From NCBI RefSeq assembly GCF_964355755.1, contig NC_092676.1, positions 13,348,871-13,412,870 on the forward strand: 64,000 bases of DNA. Reading direction: 5' to 3'. Under the pieces are notes generated by a model. The model was not told where the DNA came from, did not search any database, and worked only from the letters and a program-made list of their open reading frames with translations. The stretch is from Antedon mediterranea (Eukaryota > Animalia > Echinodermata). A program made the position numbers and the translations under genes. This document shows positions 39,101-51,196 of the stretch, in pieces; the stretch's first letter is position 1; each line of letters starts with the position of its first letter.

Positions 39101-40242
39101 TTAAAACAAACTTTTTAGAGTTCCGCGATTTCCTACGCAGGATTTGCTTGTTTTCATTGTTAATGGGCGAATGTTACCTAAACTAGAATCGTTATAAATC
39201 TTTTAAATTTGTATTATAAGTAATTTCTTTAGTATTCTTAGTAACATCGAATGTCTCTAATTAACTAGCAGTTATTTATACTAACTATTGTTCAATAATA
39301 AGCGTGTATGAAGTGAAAATCTATAGTAATAATGTTCTTAGTCAGTTCGTCTCGCTCGCGTGAAGTCTTCGGGTTTCTCAATACAATTCTCAGCGGTAAA
39401 GATAGGCTCGCGCTAATGTTTAAATCAAAAGCGCTCTCAAAACACTTTTTGTCCAAAATTCGCAATATGACGTGAGTGTGTACCCATTGCAAAAAAGCGC
39501 TAGATCTAAAATTTGAAACAATCAACTTGTATCTGGCGGGAATACGTTTCCACTATATTAAAGCAGGTTTACGAGATGTTACAGTGGGGGCAAACAGACT
39601 CCACTATGTATTACGAGGGATTAAGAAGTCGCAAAACATTTGTAATGCAAAACACGCCCCGATAACGTCAGCAATCCTGAGCGATATGTGCGCCATACTT
39701 TCTGCTGGTAGGACAATAATTACACCTTTCATAGATGTTATGTTACAATGTATTTTTAAATTAGCTTTCTATGGGTTTTTAAGATGCGGCGAATTTACAA
39801 GTATAAGAGGGTCAGGTGCATACCTACAAATTAATGATGTTACATTAAAGCCCGAATCACAATGTTTTTTACTTCGTTTAAAGGCATCTAAAACCGACTC
39901 ATTTAGAACAGGGGTAGAAATACCTATTTTCGAAAACGATAATTTAAGTTCCGTCCAAGCGATGTCTAACTACATCGCTGTTAGGTTAAGTCAAGGAGCA
40001 TCTCCATTATCGCCGCTTTTTCTAGAGAACGAATCTAGTGGCTTCATGATATACTACAAATATGTGGTCATTACCAACATTTCCACGGACATTCGTTTAG
40101 AATAGGGGCGGCAACATCAGCTGCTGCTGCAGGAGTGGAGGATCATGTTATCAAAACAATGGGTCGTTGGACATCTAACTGCTATATTAGGTACATCAGA
40201 ACAAATCTAGAAGTAGTTAAACAAGCACAAAATGACATGTGA
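36185..40242 (+). pseudogene. Tyrosine recombinase of the YR retrotransposon, split by a 3.1-kb insertion
   Basis: N-part SISDSTKRVYKYALRCF...DEDQLIYFVT (ends 36363) joins in frame to HCKKALDLKFETINLYLAGIR (from 39485). Catalytic motifs FYGFLRCGEF, SKTD and, after a frameshift, GHSFRIGAAT...MGRWTSNCYIRYIR. Confidence 0.92.
36364..39480. mobile_element. Non-autonomous DNA transposon with CAC...GTG termini and 4-bp TSD (Chapaev-like), nested in the YR gene
   Basis: TACC(36360-36363)|CACATTCA...TGAGTGTG|TACC(39481-39484). Subterminal GACAAAAAGT (36381-36390) is inverted at 39444-39453. Removal restores the YR frame. No transposase ORF recognised. Confidence 0.8.
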
Positions 40243-40309
40243 GAACGTGCCGTCCCTTCCTCTTCCCTCTCCGGCCCCATCACACTTGCCCATTTTTAAC
40301 TGCTTCATT

Positions 40310-40504
40310 TAGTCCTCCCTGCTGCTGCTTGGAGCGCTTTTCCCATTGGATCCTCATCCAATTAGCCTGACCTCCCTGCTGTTGCTTCATGTGGGAAAAA
40401 AAATATGGATCTTCATCCAAATACACATGTTCAACTAGAGGAGCGCTTATCTTCCCATTGGATCTTCATCCAATTATCCAGGCCTCCCTGCCACTGCTTC
40501 ATGT

Positions 40505-40536
<32 letters not shown>

Positions 40537-40900
40537 GAAAAATGGATCTTCATCCAAATACACATGTTCGGCTAGGGTAGTGCTTTCTTTCCCGTTGGAT
40601 CTTCATCCAATTCTCCAGGCCTTCCTGCCACTGCTTCATGTTGTATAAAAAAAAAATTTAAAAAAAATGGATCTTCATCCAAATACACATGTTCGGCTAG
40701 GGTAGCGCTTATCTTCCCATTGGATCTTCATCCAATTATCCAAGCCTCCCTGCCACTGCTGAACTGAACTGAACTGAACTTTTATTGTATCTCTTTTAAA
40801 TCAGAGGCACAGTCTCAATGAGATGCTTCATGTTGTATATATATATATATAAAAAATGGATCTTCATCCAAATACACATGTTCGGCTAGGGGAGCGCATC
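40310..40900 (+). repeat. ~117-bp tandem repeat (4-5 copies) in the 3' region of the YR retrotransposon
   Basis: GGATCTTCATCCAAATACACATGTTCGGCTAGGG...CCCATTGGATCTTCATCCAATT...CCTCCCTGCCACTGCTTCATGTTGT followed by an A-run, repeated. Confidence 0.88.
40761..40823 (-). mobile_element. 63-bp retroposon 3'-end stub with AATAAA and (GTTCA)n tail
   Basis: Minus strand ends TACAATAAAAGTTCAGTTCAGTTCAGTTC. It interrupts one tandem unit and is flanked by TGCT (40757-40760 and 40824-40827). Confidence 0.7.
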
Positions 40901-42102
40901 CTCCACCAATACCCTCCATGTCTCCGTTCTCATCCATAATAGCAACAATAAAATAATATACATATAACTAAAATACTGTCTTTGGGGGCTTCTACTCATT
41001 TTATTCGCTCATTTGGCTGGTATAATTCTGGGGAATTATTTTTCCCCCAAATTCCACAATTTACCTAACGGATGTCACTTTACATCCTTAACTTACCGAT
41101 ATACTTAATAACAACCATTTGATTTACTGGCTCCTGTGACAACACACTGGACCTTTAATACAGCGATGTCATATGAGTGGTAGCCCCAAAGAGGCGAAAT
41201 GTAGTTTATTATTAAGCTTTAGTAGTATTTAGCATTGCTTGTACGGTATCAGTAGAAATAAATATTATGTATTGTTAAATGTATACTCTTAATAAACTGG
41301 GAAAGCATTACTTATTTGTGTTGTGTGTAAAAGGAAATTTAAAGTAATAAATTATAGTTTATACGCAGCACAAGTACTTTCTTTTAACTAAGGATGTGGT
41401 ATATAAATGTGGGTAGATTTCAGAGTAACAGAAGTGTTAGGATGAATGGTATATTGTTTCTACAGGTAATTAAAAAGTGAATGTTAGTCAAGGGAGACAC
41501 TTTATCAAAGTTCCAACCACAGTAATTGACAATGTAGTTCTATAGACCAACGGGTATATCTAATAGTGGAACCACAAAAATGTAGGATAGGCTAATTTCT
41601 AATTAGCAACCAATGGGAATTCAGAGTGTTTAGTTGGTTACTAAGAGGCATACTAGCACACCTCATTGTTAAATTAGCCGTTCAATAGTTGTACAAACTT
41701 TTCAATCGTCCCACCCGGCAATCCCCCGGCACCATCCAACTCCTAACTTCAACACAGGCGCTACTCATATGTTACTCATGCTATTCGCTCATTTGGCTGG
41801 TATATTTCTGGAGAATTATTTTGCCCCCAAATTCCATTACCTAACGGATGTCACTTTACATCCTTAACTTACCGATATACTTAATAACAACCATATGATT
41901 TACTGGCTCCTGTGAAAACACACTGGACCTTTATTACAGCGATGTCATATGAGTGGTAGCCCCCAAGAGGCCAAATGTAGTTTTAGCATTGCTTGTACGG
42001 TATCATTGCTTGTACGGTATCAGTAGAAATAAATATTATGTATTGTTAAATGTATACTCTTAATAAACTGGGAAAGCATTACTTATTTGTGTTGTGTGTA
42101 AA

Positions 42103-42605
42103 AGCATAATTATTGAATTTTAAAAAGTGGGAATTTTTGCCATTTTTAGAAAAAATTCCTATGGTCTCCCGCAGGAAAATTTTCGAAAAATGGCCAAATT
42201 TCAACCCTTTTATTTTTTGACATAATTCGTTACTATGGCTCTATAAGATGATGTTAGCAAAATATATCTGTATAAATGGCAATATTATAGCATAATTATT
42301 TAATTTTAAAAAGTGGAAAATGTTGCCATTTTCGACACTTTTTTTGACATAACTAGTTGCTATGTCTCTATAAGATGATGTTAGCACAATATATGTGCAT
42401 AAATGGCAATATTATAGCATAATTATTAAATTTTAAAAAGTGGAAATTTTTGCCATTTTTAGAAAAAATTCCTATGATCCCCTGCAGGAAAATGTTTCGA
42501 AAAATGGCCAAATTTCAACCCTTTTATTTTTTGACATAGTTCGTTACCATGGCTCTGTAAGATGATGTTAGCAAAATATATCTGTATAAATGTCAATATT
42601 ATAGC
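42103..42605 (+). repeat. SatC continuation after the YR retrotransposon
   Basis: AGCATAATTATTGAATTTTAAAAAGTGG resumes in phase with 33061-33068. Confidence 0.93.
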
Positions 42606-45600
42606 TACATCGACCCCGATTTTACGTACAGCCATCAACCCCGTTTTTACGTAAAGACATCGACCTAGTTTTTACGTACCGACATCGACCAAGTTTTTAC
42701 GTACAGAAATCGACCCCGATTTTACGTACAGACATCGACCCCGATTTTACGTACAGACATCGACCCCGATTTCACTTACAGACATCGACCCCGATTTTAC
42801 GTACAAACATCGACCATGATTTTACGTACAGACATCGACCTAGTTTTTATGTACCGATACCGACCTCGATTTTACGTACAGACAGCGACCCCGATTTTAC
42901 GTACAGACATCGACCTAGTTTTGACATACAGACATCGACCCCGTTTTTACGTAAAGACATTGACCTAGTTTTTATGTACCGACATCGACCAAGTTTTTAC
43001 GTACAGAAATCGACCCCGATTTTACGTACAGACATCGACCCCGATTTTACGTACAGACATCGACCCCGATTTTACGTACAGACATCGCCCCGATTTTACG
43101 TAAAGTCATCGACCCAGTTTTTACGTACAGACATCGACCTTGATTTTACGTACAGAAATCAACCCCGATTTTACGTACATACATCGACAACGATTTTACG
43201 TACAGACATCGACCCCGATTTTACGTACAGACATCGACCTAGTTTTTACGCACCGACATCGACCTAGACTTTACATACAGTCAGCGACCCCGATTTTACA
43301 TACAGACATTGACCTAGTTTTGACGTACAGATATCGACCCCGTTTTGACGTACAGATATCGACACCGACTTTACGCAAAGACAACGACCCCGATTTCACG
43401 TACAGACATCGACACCGATTTTACGTACAAACATCGACCATGATTTTACATACAGACATCGACCTAGTTTTTACGTACAGACATCGACCCTGATTTTACA
43501 TACAGACATCGACCTAGTTTTGACGTACAGACATCGACCCCGTTTTTACATACAGATATCGACTCTGTTTTTACGTACAGACATCGACCTAGTTTTTACG
43601 TACCGACATCGACCTCGACTTTACGTACAGACAGCGACCCCGATTTTACGTACAGCCATCAACCCCGTTTTGACGTACAGACATCGACTTAATTTTGACG
43701 TACAGACATCGACTTAATTTTGACGTACAGACATTGACCCCGATTTTACGTACAGACATCGACCAAGTTTTTACGTACAGACCTCAACCTCGATTTTACG
43801 TACAGACATCGACCCCGTTTTTACGTACATACCTTGACCCCAATTTAACGTACAGACATCGACCCCGATATTACGTACAGACATCGACCTAGTTTTTACG
43901 TACAGACATCGACCCCGATTTTACGTACAGACATCGACTCCTCTTTTAAGTACAGACATCGACCCTGATTTTCCGTACAGATATCGACCCCGATTTTACG
44001 TACATACATCGACCCCGATTTTACGTACAGACATCGACCTCGATTTTACGTACAGACATCGACCCGATTTTACGTACAGTCATCGACCCAGTTTTTACGT
44101 ACAGACATCAACCTCGATTTTACGTACCGACATCGATCCCTAATTTACGTACATACATCGACCCCGATTTTACGTACATACATCGATCCCTATTTTACGT
44201 ACAGAGATCGACCCAGTTTTTACGTATAGACATCGACCCCGATTTTACATTAAGACATCGACCCCGATTTAACGTACATACATCGAACCCGATTTTACGT
44301 ACATACATCGACCCCGATTTTACGTACAGCCATCAACCCCGTTTTTACGTACAGATATCGACCCCGTTTTGACGGACAGAAATCGACCCCGTTTTGAGGT
44401 ACAGACATTGACCACGTTTTTACGTTCAGACATCGAACCCGATTTACAGTACAGGCATCGACTCCGATTTAACGTAAAGACAACGACCCCGAATTCACGA
44501 ACAGACATCGATCCCGTATTTAGGTACAGACATCGACCTCGATTTTACGTACATACATCGACCCCTATTTTACGTACAGAGATCGACCCAGTTTTTACGT
44601 ACAGACATCGACCCCGATTTTACGTACAGACATCGACCCCGATTTAACGTACATACATCGAACCTGATTTTACGTACATACATCAACCCCGATTTTACGT
44701 ACAGCCATCAACCTCGTTTTTGCGTACAGACATTGACCTAGTTTTGACATACAGATATCGACCCCGTTTTGACGTACAGAAATCGACCACGTTTTTACGT
44801 ACAGACATCGAACCCGATTTACCGTACAGGCATCGATTCCGATTTAACGTACAGACATCAACCCCGATTTTATGTACATACATCGACCCCGATTTTACGT
44901 ACAGACATCGACCTCGATTTTACGTATAAACATCGACCCAGTTTTTACGTACAGACATCGTCCTTGTTTTTACGTACAGACATCGACCCTTATTTTACAA
45001 ACAGACATCGACCTAGTTTTGACGTACATATATCGACTCCGTTTTTACGTACAGACATCGACCTAGTAGTTACGTACAGACATCGACCCTGATTTTACAT
45101 ACAGACATCGACCCCGTTTTTACGTACCGACATCGACCTCAATTTTACGTACAGACAGCGACCCCGATTTTACTTACAGACATCGACCTAGTTTTAACGT
45201 ACAGATATCGACCCCGTTTTGACGTAAATACATCGACAGCGATTTTACGTAAAGACAACGACCCCGATTTCACGAACAGACATCGATCCCGTATTTACGT
45301 ACAGACATCGACCCCGATTTTACGTACATACATCGACCCCGATTTAACGTACATACATCAACCCCGTTTTTACGTACAGACCTCGACCCCGTTTTGACAA
45401 ACAGACGTGTCGGTACGTAAAAACTAGGTCGATGTCTGTACGTAAAAACAGAGTCGATGTCTGTACGTAAAATCGAAGTCGATGTCGGTACGTAAAAACT
45501 AGGTCGATGTCTGTACGTAAAAACAGAGTCGATGTCTGAATGTCAAAACGGGGTCGATGTACATGAAATCGACACTATTTTGAGGTAAAGACATCGACCT

Positions 45601-48114
45601 AGACTTTACATACAGTCAGCGACCCCGATTTTACATACAGACATTGACCTAGTTTTGACGTACAGATATCGACCCCGTTTTGACGTACAGATATCGACAC
45701 CGACTTTACGCAAAGACAACGACCCCGATTTCACGTACAGACATCGACACCGATTTTACGTACAAACATCGACCATGATTTTACATACAGACATCGACCT
45801 AGTTTTTACGTACAGACATCGACCCTGATTTTACATACAGACATCGACCTAGTTTTGACGTACAGACATCGACCCCGTTTTTACATACAGATATCGACTC
45901 TGTTTTTACGTACAGACATCGACCTAGTTTTTACGTACCGACATCGACCTCGACTTTACGTACAGACAGCGACCCCGATTTTACGTACAGCCATCAACCC
46001 CGTTTTGACGTACAGACATCGACTTAATTTTGACGTACAGACATCGACTTAATTTTGACGTACAGACATTGACCCCGATTTTACGTACAGACATCGACCA
46101 AGTTTTTACGTACAGACCTCAACCTCGATTTTACGTACAGACATCGACCCCGTTTTTACGTACATACCTTGACCCCAATTTAACGTACAGACATCGACCC
46201 CGATATTACGTACAGACATCGACCTAGTTTTTACGTACAGACATCGACCCCGATTTTACGTACAGACATCGACTCCTCTTTTAAGTACAGACATCGACCC
46301 TGATTTTCCGTACAGATATCGACCCCGATTTTACGTACATACATCGACCCCGATTTTACGTACAGACATCGACCTCGATTTTACGTACAGACATCGACCC
46401 GATTTTACGTACAGTCATCGACCCAGTTTTTACGTACAGACATCAACCTCGATTTTACGTACCGACATCGATCCCTAATTTACGTACATACATCGACCCC
46501 GATTTTACGTACATACATCGATCCCTATTTTACGTACAGAGATCGACCCAGTTTTTACGTATAGACATCGACCCCGATTTTACATTCAGACATCGACCCC
46601 GATTTAACGTACATACATCGAACCCGATTTTACGTACATACATCGACCCCGATTTTACGTACAGCCATCAACCCCGTTTTTACGTACAGATATCGACCCC
46701 GTTTTGACGGACAGAAATCGACCCCGTTTTGAGGTACAGACATTGACCACGTTTTTACGTTCAGACATCGAACCCGATTTACAGTACAGGCATCGACTCC
46801 GATTTAACGTAAAGACAACGACCCCGAATTCACGAACAGACATCGATCCCGTATTTAGGTACAGACATCGACCTCGATTTTACGTACATACATCGACCCC
46901 TATTTTACGTACAGAGATCGACCCAGTTTTTACGTACAGACATCGACCCCGATTTTACGTACAGACATCGACCCCGATTTAACGTACATACATCGAACCT
47001 GATTTTACGTACATACATCAACCCCGATTTTACGTACAGCCATCAACCTCGTTTTTGCGTACAGACATTGACCTAGTTTTGACATACAGATATCGACCCC
47101 GTTTTGACGTACAGAAATCGACCACGTTTTTACGTACAGACATCGAACCCGATTTACCGTACAGGCATCGATTCCGATTTAACGTACAGACATCAACCCC
47201 GATTTTATGTACATACATCGACCCCGATTTTACGTACAGACATCGACCTCGATTTTACGTATAAACATCGACCCAGTTTTTACGTACAGACATCGTCCTT
47301 GTTTTTACGTACAGACATCGACCCTTATTTTACAAACAGACATCGACCTAGTTTTGACGTACATATATCGACTCCGTTTTTACGTACAGACATCGACCTA
47401 GTAGTTACGTACAGACATCGACCCTGATTTTACATACAGACATCGACCCCGTTTTTACGTACCGACATCGACCTCAATTTTACGTACAGACAGCGACCCC
47501 GATTTTACTTACAGACATCGACCTAGTTTTAACGTACAGATATCGACCCCGTTTTGACGTAAATACATCGACAGCGATTTTACGTAAAGACAACGACCCC
47601 GATTTCACGAACAGACATCGATCCCGTATTTACGTACAGACATCGACCCCGATTTTACGTACATACATCGACCCCGATTTAACGTACATACATCAACCCC
47701 GTTTTTACGTACAGACATCGACCCCGTTTTGACAAACAGACGTGTCGGTACGTAAAAACTGGGTCGATGTCTGTACGTAAAAACAGAGTCGATGTCTGTA
47801 CGTAAAATCGAAGTCGATGTCGGTACGTAAAAACTAGGTCGATGTCTGTACGTAAAAACAGAGTCGATGTCTGAATGTCAAAACGGGGTCGATGTACATG
47901 AAATCGACACTATTTTGAGGTAAAGACATCGACCACGTTTTTACGTACAGACATCGAACCCGATTTACCGTACAGGCATCGACTTCGATTTAACGTACAT
48001 TCATCAACCCCGCTTTTACGTACAGACATCGACCTAGTTTTTACGTACAGACATCGATCCAGATTTTACATACAGACATCGACCCCGTTTTTACGTACCG
48101 ACATCGACCTCGAT
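42606..48114 (+). repeat. SatD array with a 2335-bp tandem duplication containing a short internal inversion
   Basis: Identical ORF-track translations offset by 2335 (43520/45855, 44320/46655, 44872/47207). Inverted units at ~45407-45560 and ~47742-47895. Confidence 0.95.
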
Positions 48115-51100
48115 GTTTTAATTTTTTTTTGTCTTGTGTGAGTTCATCTCACGTTTATTTAAATTCTCATTGGTGAATATATTATATACATATAAGTATA
48201 TTTGTGACAATTAAAAGTAAGTGTTTAAAGTAGTTAAAATACAGGTATATTTACATAATAAGATGCTTGAATTCAGTATTAACCATATTTGTTTTCATTA
48301 AAATTTTAGAAAAAAAATGAAAAATGGCGGTAAAATACATGATTAAAATGTTCTTGTTAAACTATCTTATTTGTGCTCTTATTTGTGTTCGAGTAGAGAG
48401 GCTATAAACTCAGGGGAGGAAAATGTAGTATCCTCCCTTTTCACCAAGATAAAAAGGATGAAATGAAAAAAGAGGAATGCAAAGGTTTGAAAGTTAGATA
48501 TTTAGAATGATAGCATGCAATAATATATTTATTGAAAACCGTAAGTTTAGAGTCCATACACTGTGCGAGACACTTCATACCCGAGGTCACCTTGGTACAA
48601 CTACTACTTACAATTTGTATTTACGATATAAAATATTGCAAATATAGAAAAATATATATATTGAACAAATACAAATACATGCAGATAACATTGACATGTT
48701 TACAATATGAATATTGCAAATATAGAAAAATATATATATATTAAAAAATAAATACCAATAATTACAGATTTCATATAAGTTATTAAAATTGTCTAAAAAC
48801 ATAATCAAGGGTTACATTTAAAATCACTTGAAATAAAAAAGGGCTACACATTTATATTAAAACTTATACAGCATATGTCACACTAATATAAAATACAATT
48901 GTAAAACGTAGGGATGGAGATCTCCAGCACATATATATTTTAATTATTCAATAGGTCAAATATCCTGTCTTTACTCTTTTTCCATTTCTGATCAGCAGTA
49001 TAAAAGTTATACGAATACTCATTATTTATGAGGTTTATAATTTCATTTTTAAATAGCCCCCAAATATTTGCAGATTCTTTTTTTTTTCTGTCGTTTCTAG
49101 TTCTTTATATATTATGGAGGATTTATATATACAAAAATAAAAAACTGAAATTAATTCGTTTACAAGTTTGTTTGTTATTCAAAAAATTACATTAACCCAC
49201 TTTGGGAAGTCTTGCTGTACTGTAACCTCATTTGGAAGACACTGAACCAGCATATCTTTTTTTACATAATTATAAGGATTCGATGTAACAACTTAAAATG
49301 AGCTACTTTTACCATGTGTTTCATTCTACATACTTTTCTATTCCATATTTCATTCCAGTCAATAATTTCATCTCTAAATTCTATTTCCCATTTCATTTGA
49401 GGATTTGGAATAATACATATACCATTTATAAACTGCTTAAAATCGTAAGACGATCTTATCCTATTATGAAATATATTATGTTCTCTAAATTGTATACCTA
49501 TGCGTGCATTTTCCAACCTCATTTGTTCTTTACATATATCAGGTATTGCATTTATTGTTGCAAAGTATTCAATTAATCCATTCTGTTTATTCGACAGAGT
49601 TGGAATAATTTCTGCTGCAGTCAATAACCTGTTATTTACGATTATATCATTTACTCTTTTGTATCCAGAGTTTAACCAGGTGTTGAAATATAGAGATTTT
49701 CCCTAAATTGATGTTATAAATTTGTTTTCCCATAAGTGTTAGTATGCGCTTCAGTATTTAATTTACTACAATTCGCAGTATAATCAACTGGATGCATATA
49801 TTAGTTTGGAATACATTTCCAAATACCTGGGTTAGGATTTAACAGTCTATTAACCCAACTCAACTTCAGAGAGTCCACTAAGATATTAAAATTCACCACA
49901 TTTATACCACCTTTATCTACTGTGTTTATAAGAGTTTTTCCTTTAATTTGTTCCCTTTTTCCTCCCCACAAAATCTATATAACAATGTATCAACTTTTGG
50001 AAAGATATAAAATGGTACATCTATTATACAAGCATTGTATATTAATTTCGAAATGGTAAGAGATTTTATTACTGTTACCTTGCCAAAAAACATAAGGTTT
50101 CGTTTTTCCCATAGTTTTAGTGTATTCTCTAATTTTAAAACTGTATCATCCCAATTTCGTTTAACACAAGTATGTTTATCATACCCTACGTAGATTCCAA
50201 GTAATTTCACTGGTTTTTTTGGTCCATTTGATATTAAATGGCGATGTCTGTTTGTTTTTATTTGCTCCAATCCAAATTCCTTTCGATTTACTTTTATTTA
50301 ACCTTAAACCTGATATTGAACAGAACATTTCAATTTCACACAGAAAATGGTTTAAACTAATTTCATCCTTTGTAAATATTACACTATCGTCAGCTAGTTG
50401 AGCTATTTTAACAATATGATCTTCATTTTCATAAAGCAGACAAAGGACAACCCTGTCTTACACCACATCTCATATTGAATCTTTCAGATATCCAACCATT
50501 GTGGGTTACAAGGCATTGTGTATCTGTATATATAGTTTTTACCCAGTTAATAAATGACTGTCCAAAACCATATTTTTTCAGACATATAAACATTAAATTT
50601 CTATCTATAGAATCAAACGCCTTGGCAAAGCCTAGAAAAACTATTGCACCTGGCTGATTGTTATTTTCTGTATATTACAATACATCTTCTACTAACCTAA
50701 TATTCTCTCCTCCAAATCTCCCTTTGACATAACCTTTCTGATCATATCCAATTATAGATCCAATTACAATTTGCATTCTATTGGAGAGAACATGAGCCAT
50801 TACTTTATAATCTACATTCAGTAGTGTTATAGGCCTCCAGTTTTCTAGTTTGTCTCTTTGTCCGCCTTTAAACAGTTGATTTATAATACCTAGTCTTTGT
50901 GAGCCGCCTAATCTTTTGCTAATAATATAGCAGTTATTCAAAGCGTCACATAACATATCTTTAATATCAACCCAAAAATGTCTATAAAATTCAACACTCA
51001 AGCGATCCGAACCTGGACTTTGTTGAGTTTCATTTTTTCTATAGCATTTGTAAGTTCTTCTACTGATATTAATCCTTCACATTTCACAGAGTTGTCATAA

Positions 51101-51196
51101 GAAAGTGTATTTATTTTAGTGTTTCTTACATACTTATTTATCCTACCCTGTGGAATTGTTTTACATGCATAAAACTTTTCATAAAAGCTTACTTGT
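48115..51196 (-). mobile_element. 5'-truncated, decayed L1/Tx1-clade LINE
   Basis: Minus-strand SPGSD..SVEFYRHFW, ENWRPITLLNVDYKVMA, DQKGYVKGR, GVRQGCP, QLADDS, KLLGIYVG, GKVTVIKSLTISKLIY. T-run (tail) near 48116-48130. Candidate TSD TCGACCTCGAT at 48104-48114 and 51197-51207. Confidence 0.9.

Larger units (their letters stand above)
33069..42102 (+). mobile_element. Tyrosine-recombinase retrotransposon (DIRS order, Ngaro/PAT-type split direct repeats), both ends present, coding region decayed
   Basis: Order gag, RT, RNase H, YR with no methyltransferase seen. Repeats: A1 33069-33112, B1 ~41002-41332, A2 41333-41376, B2 ~41782-42102. Flanks rejoin to the SatC sequence ATATTATAGCATAATT. Confidence 0.93.

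Noticed and set aside
39476-40242. Phage integrase or prophage
   Set aside because: The recombinase follows gag and RT/RNase H within split direct repeats, which identifies a DIRS-order retrotransposon.
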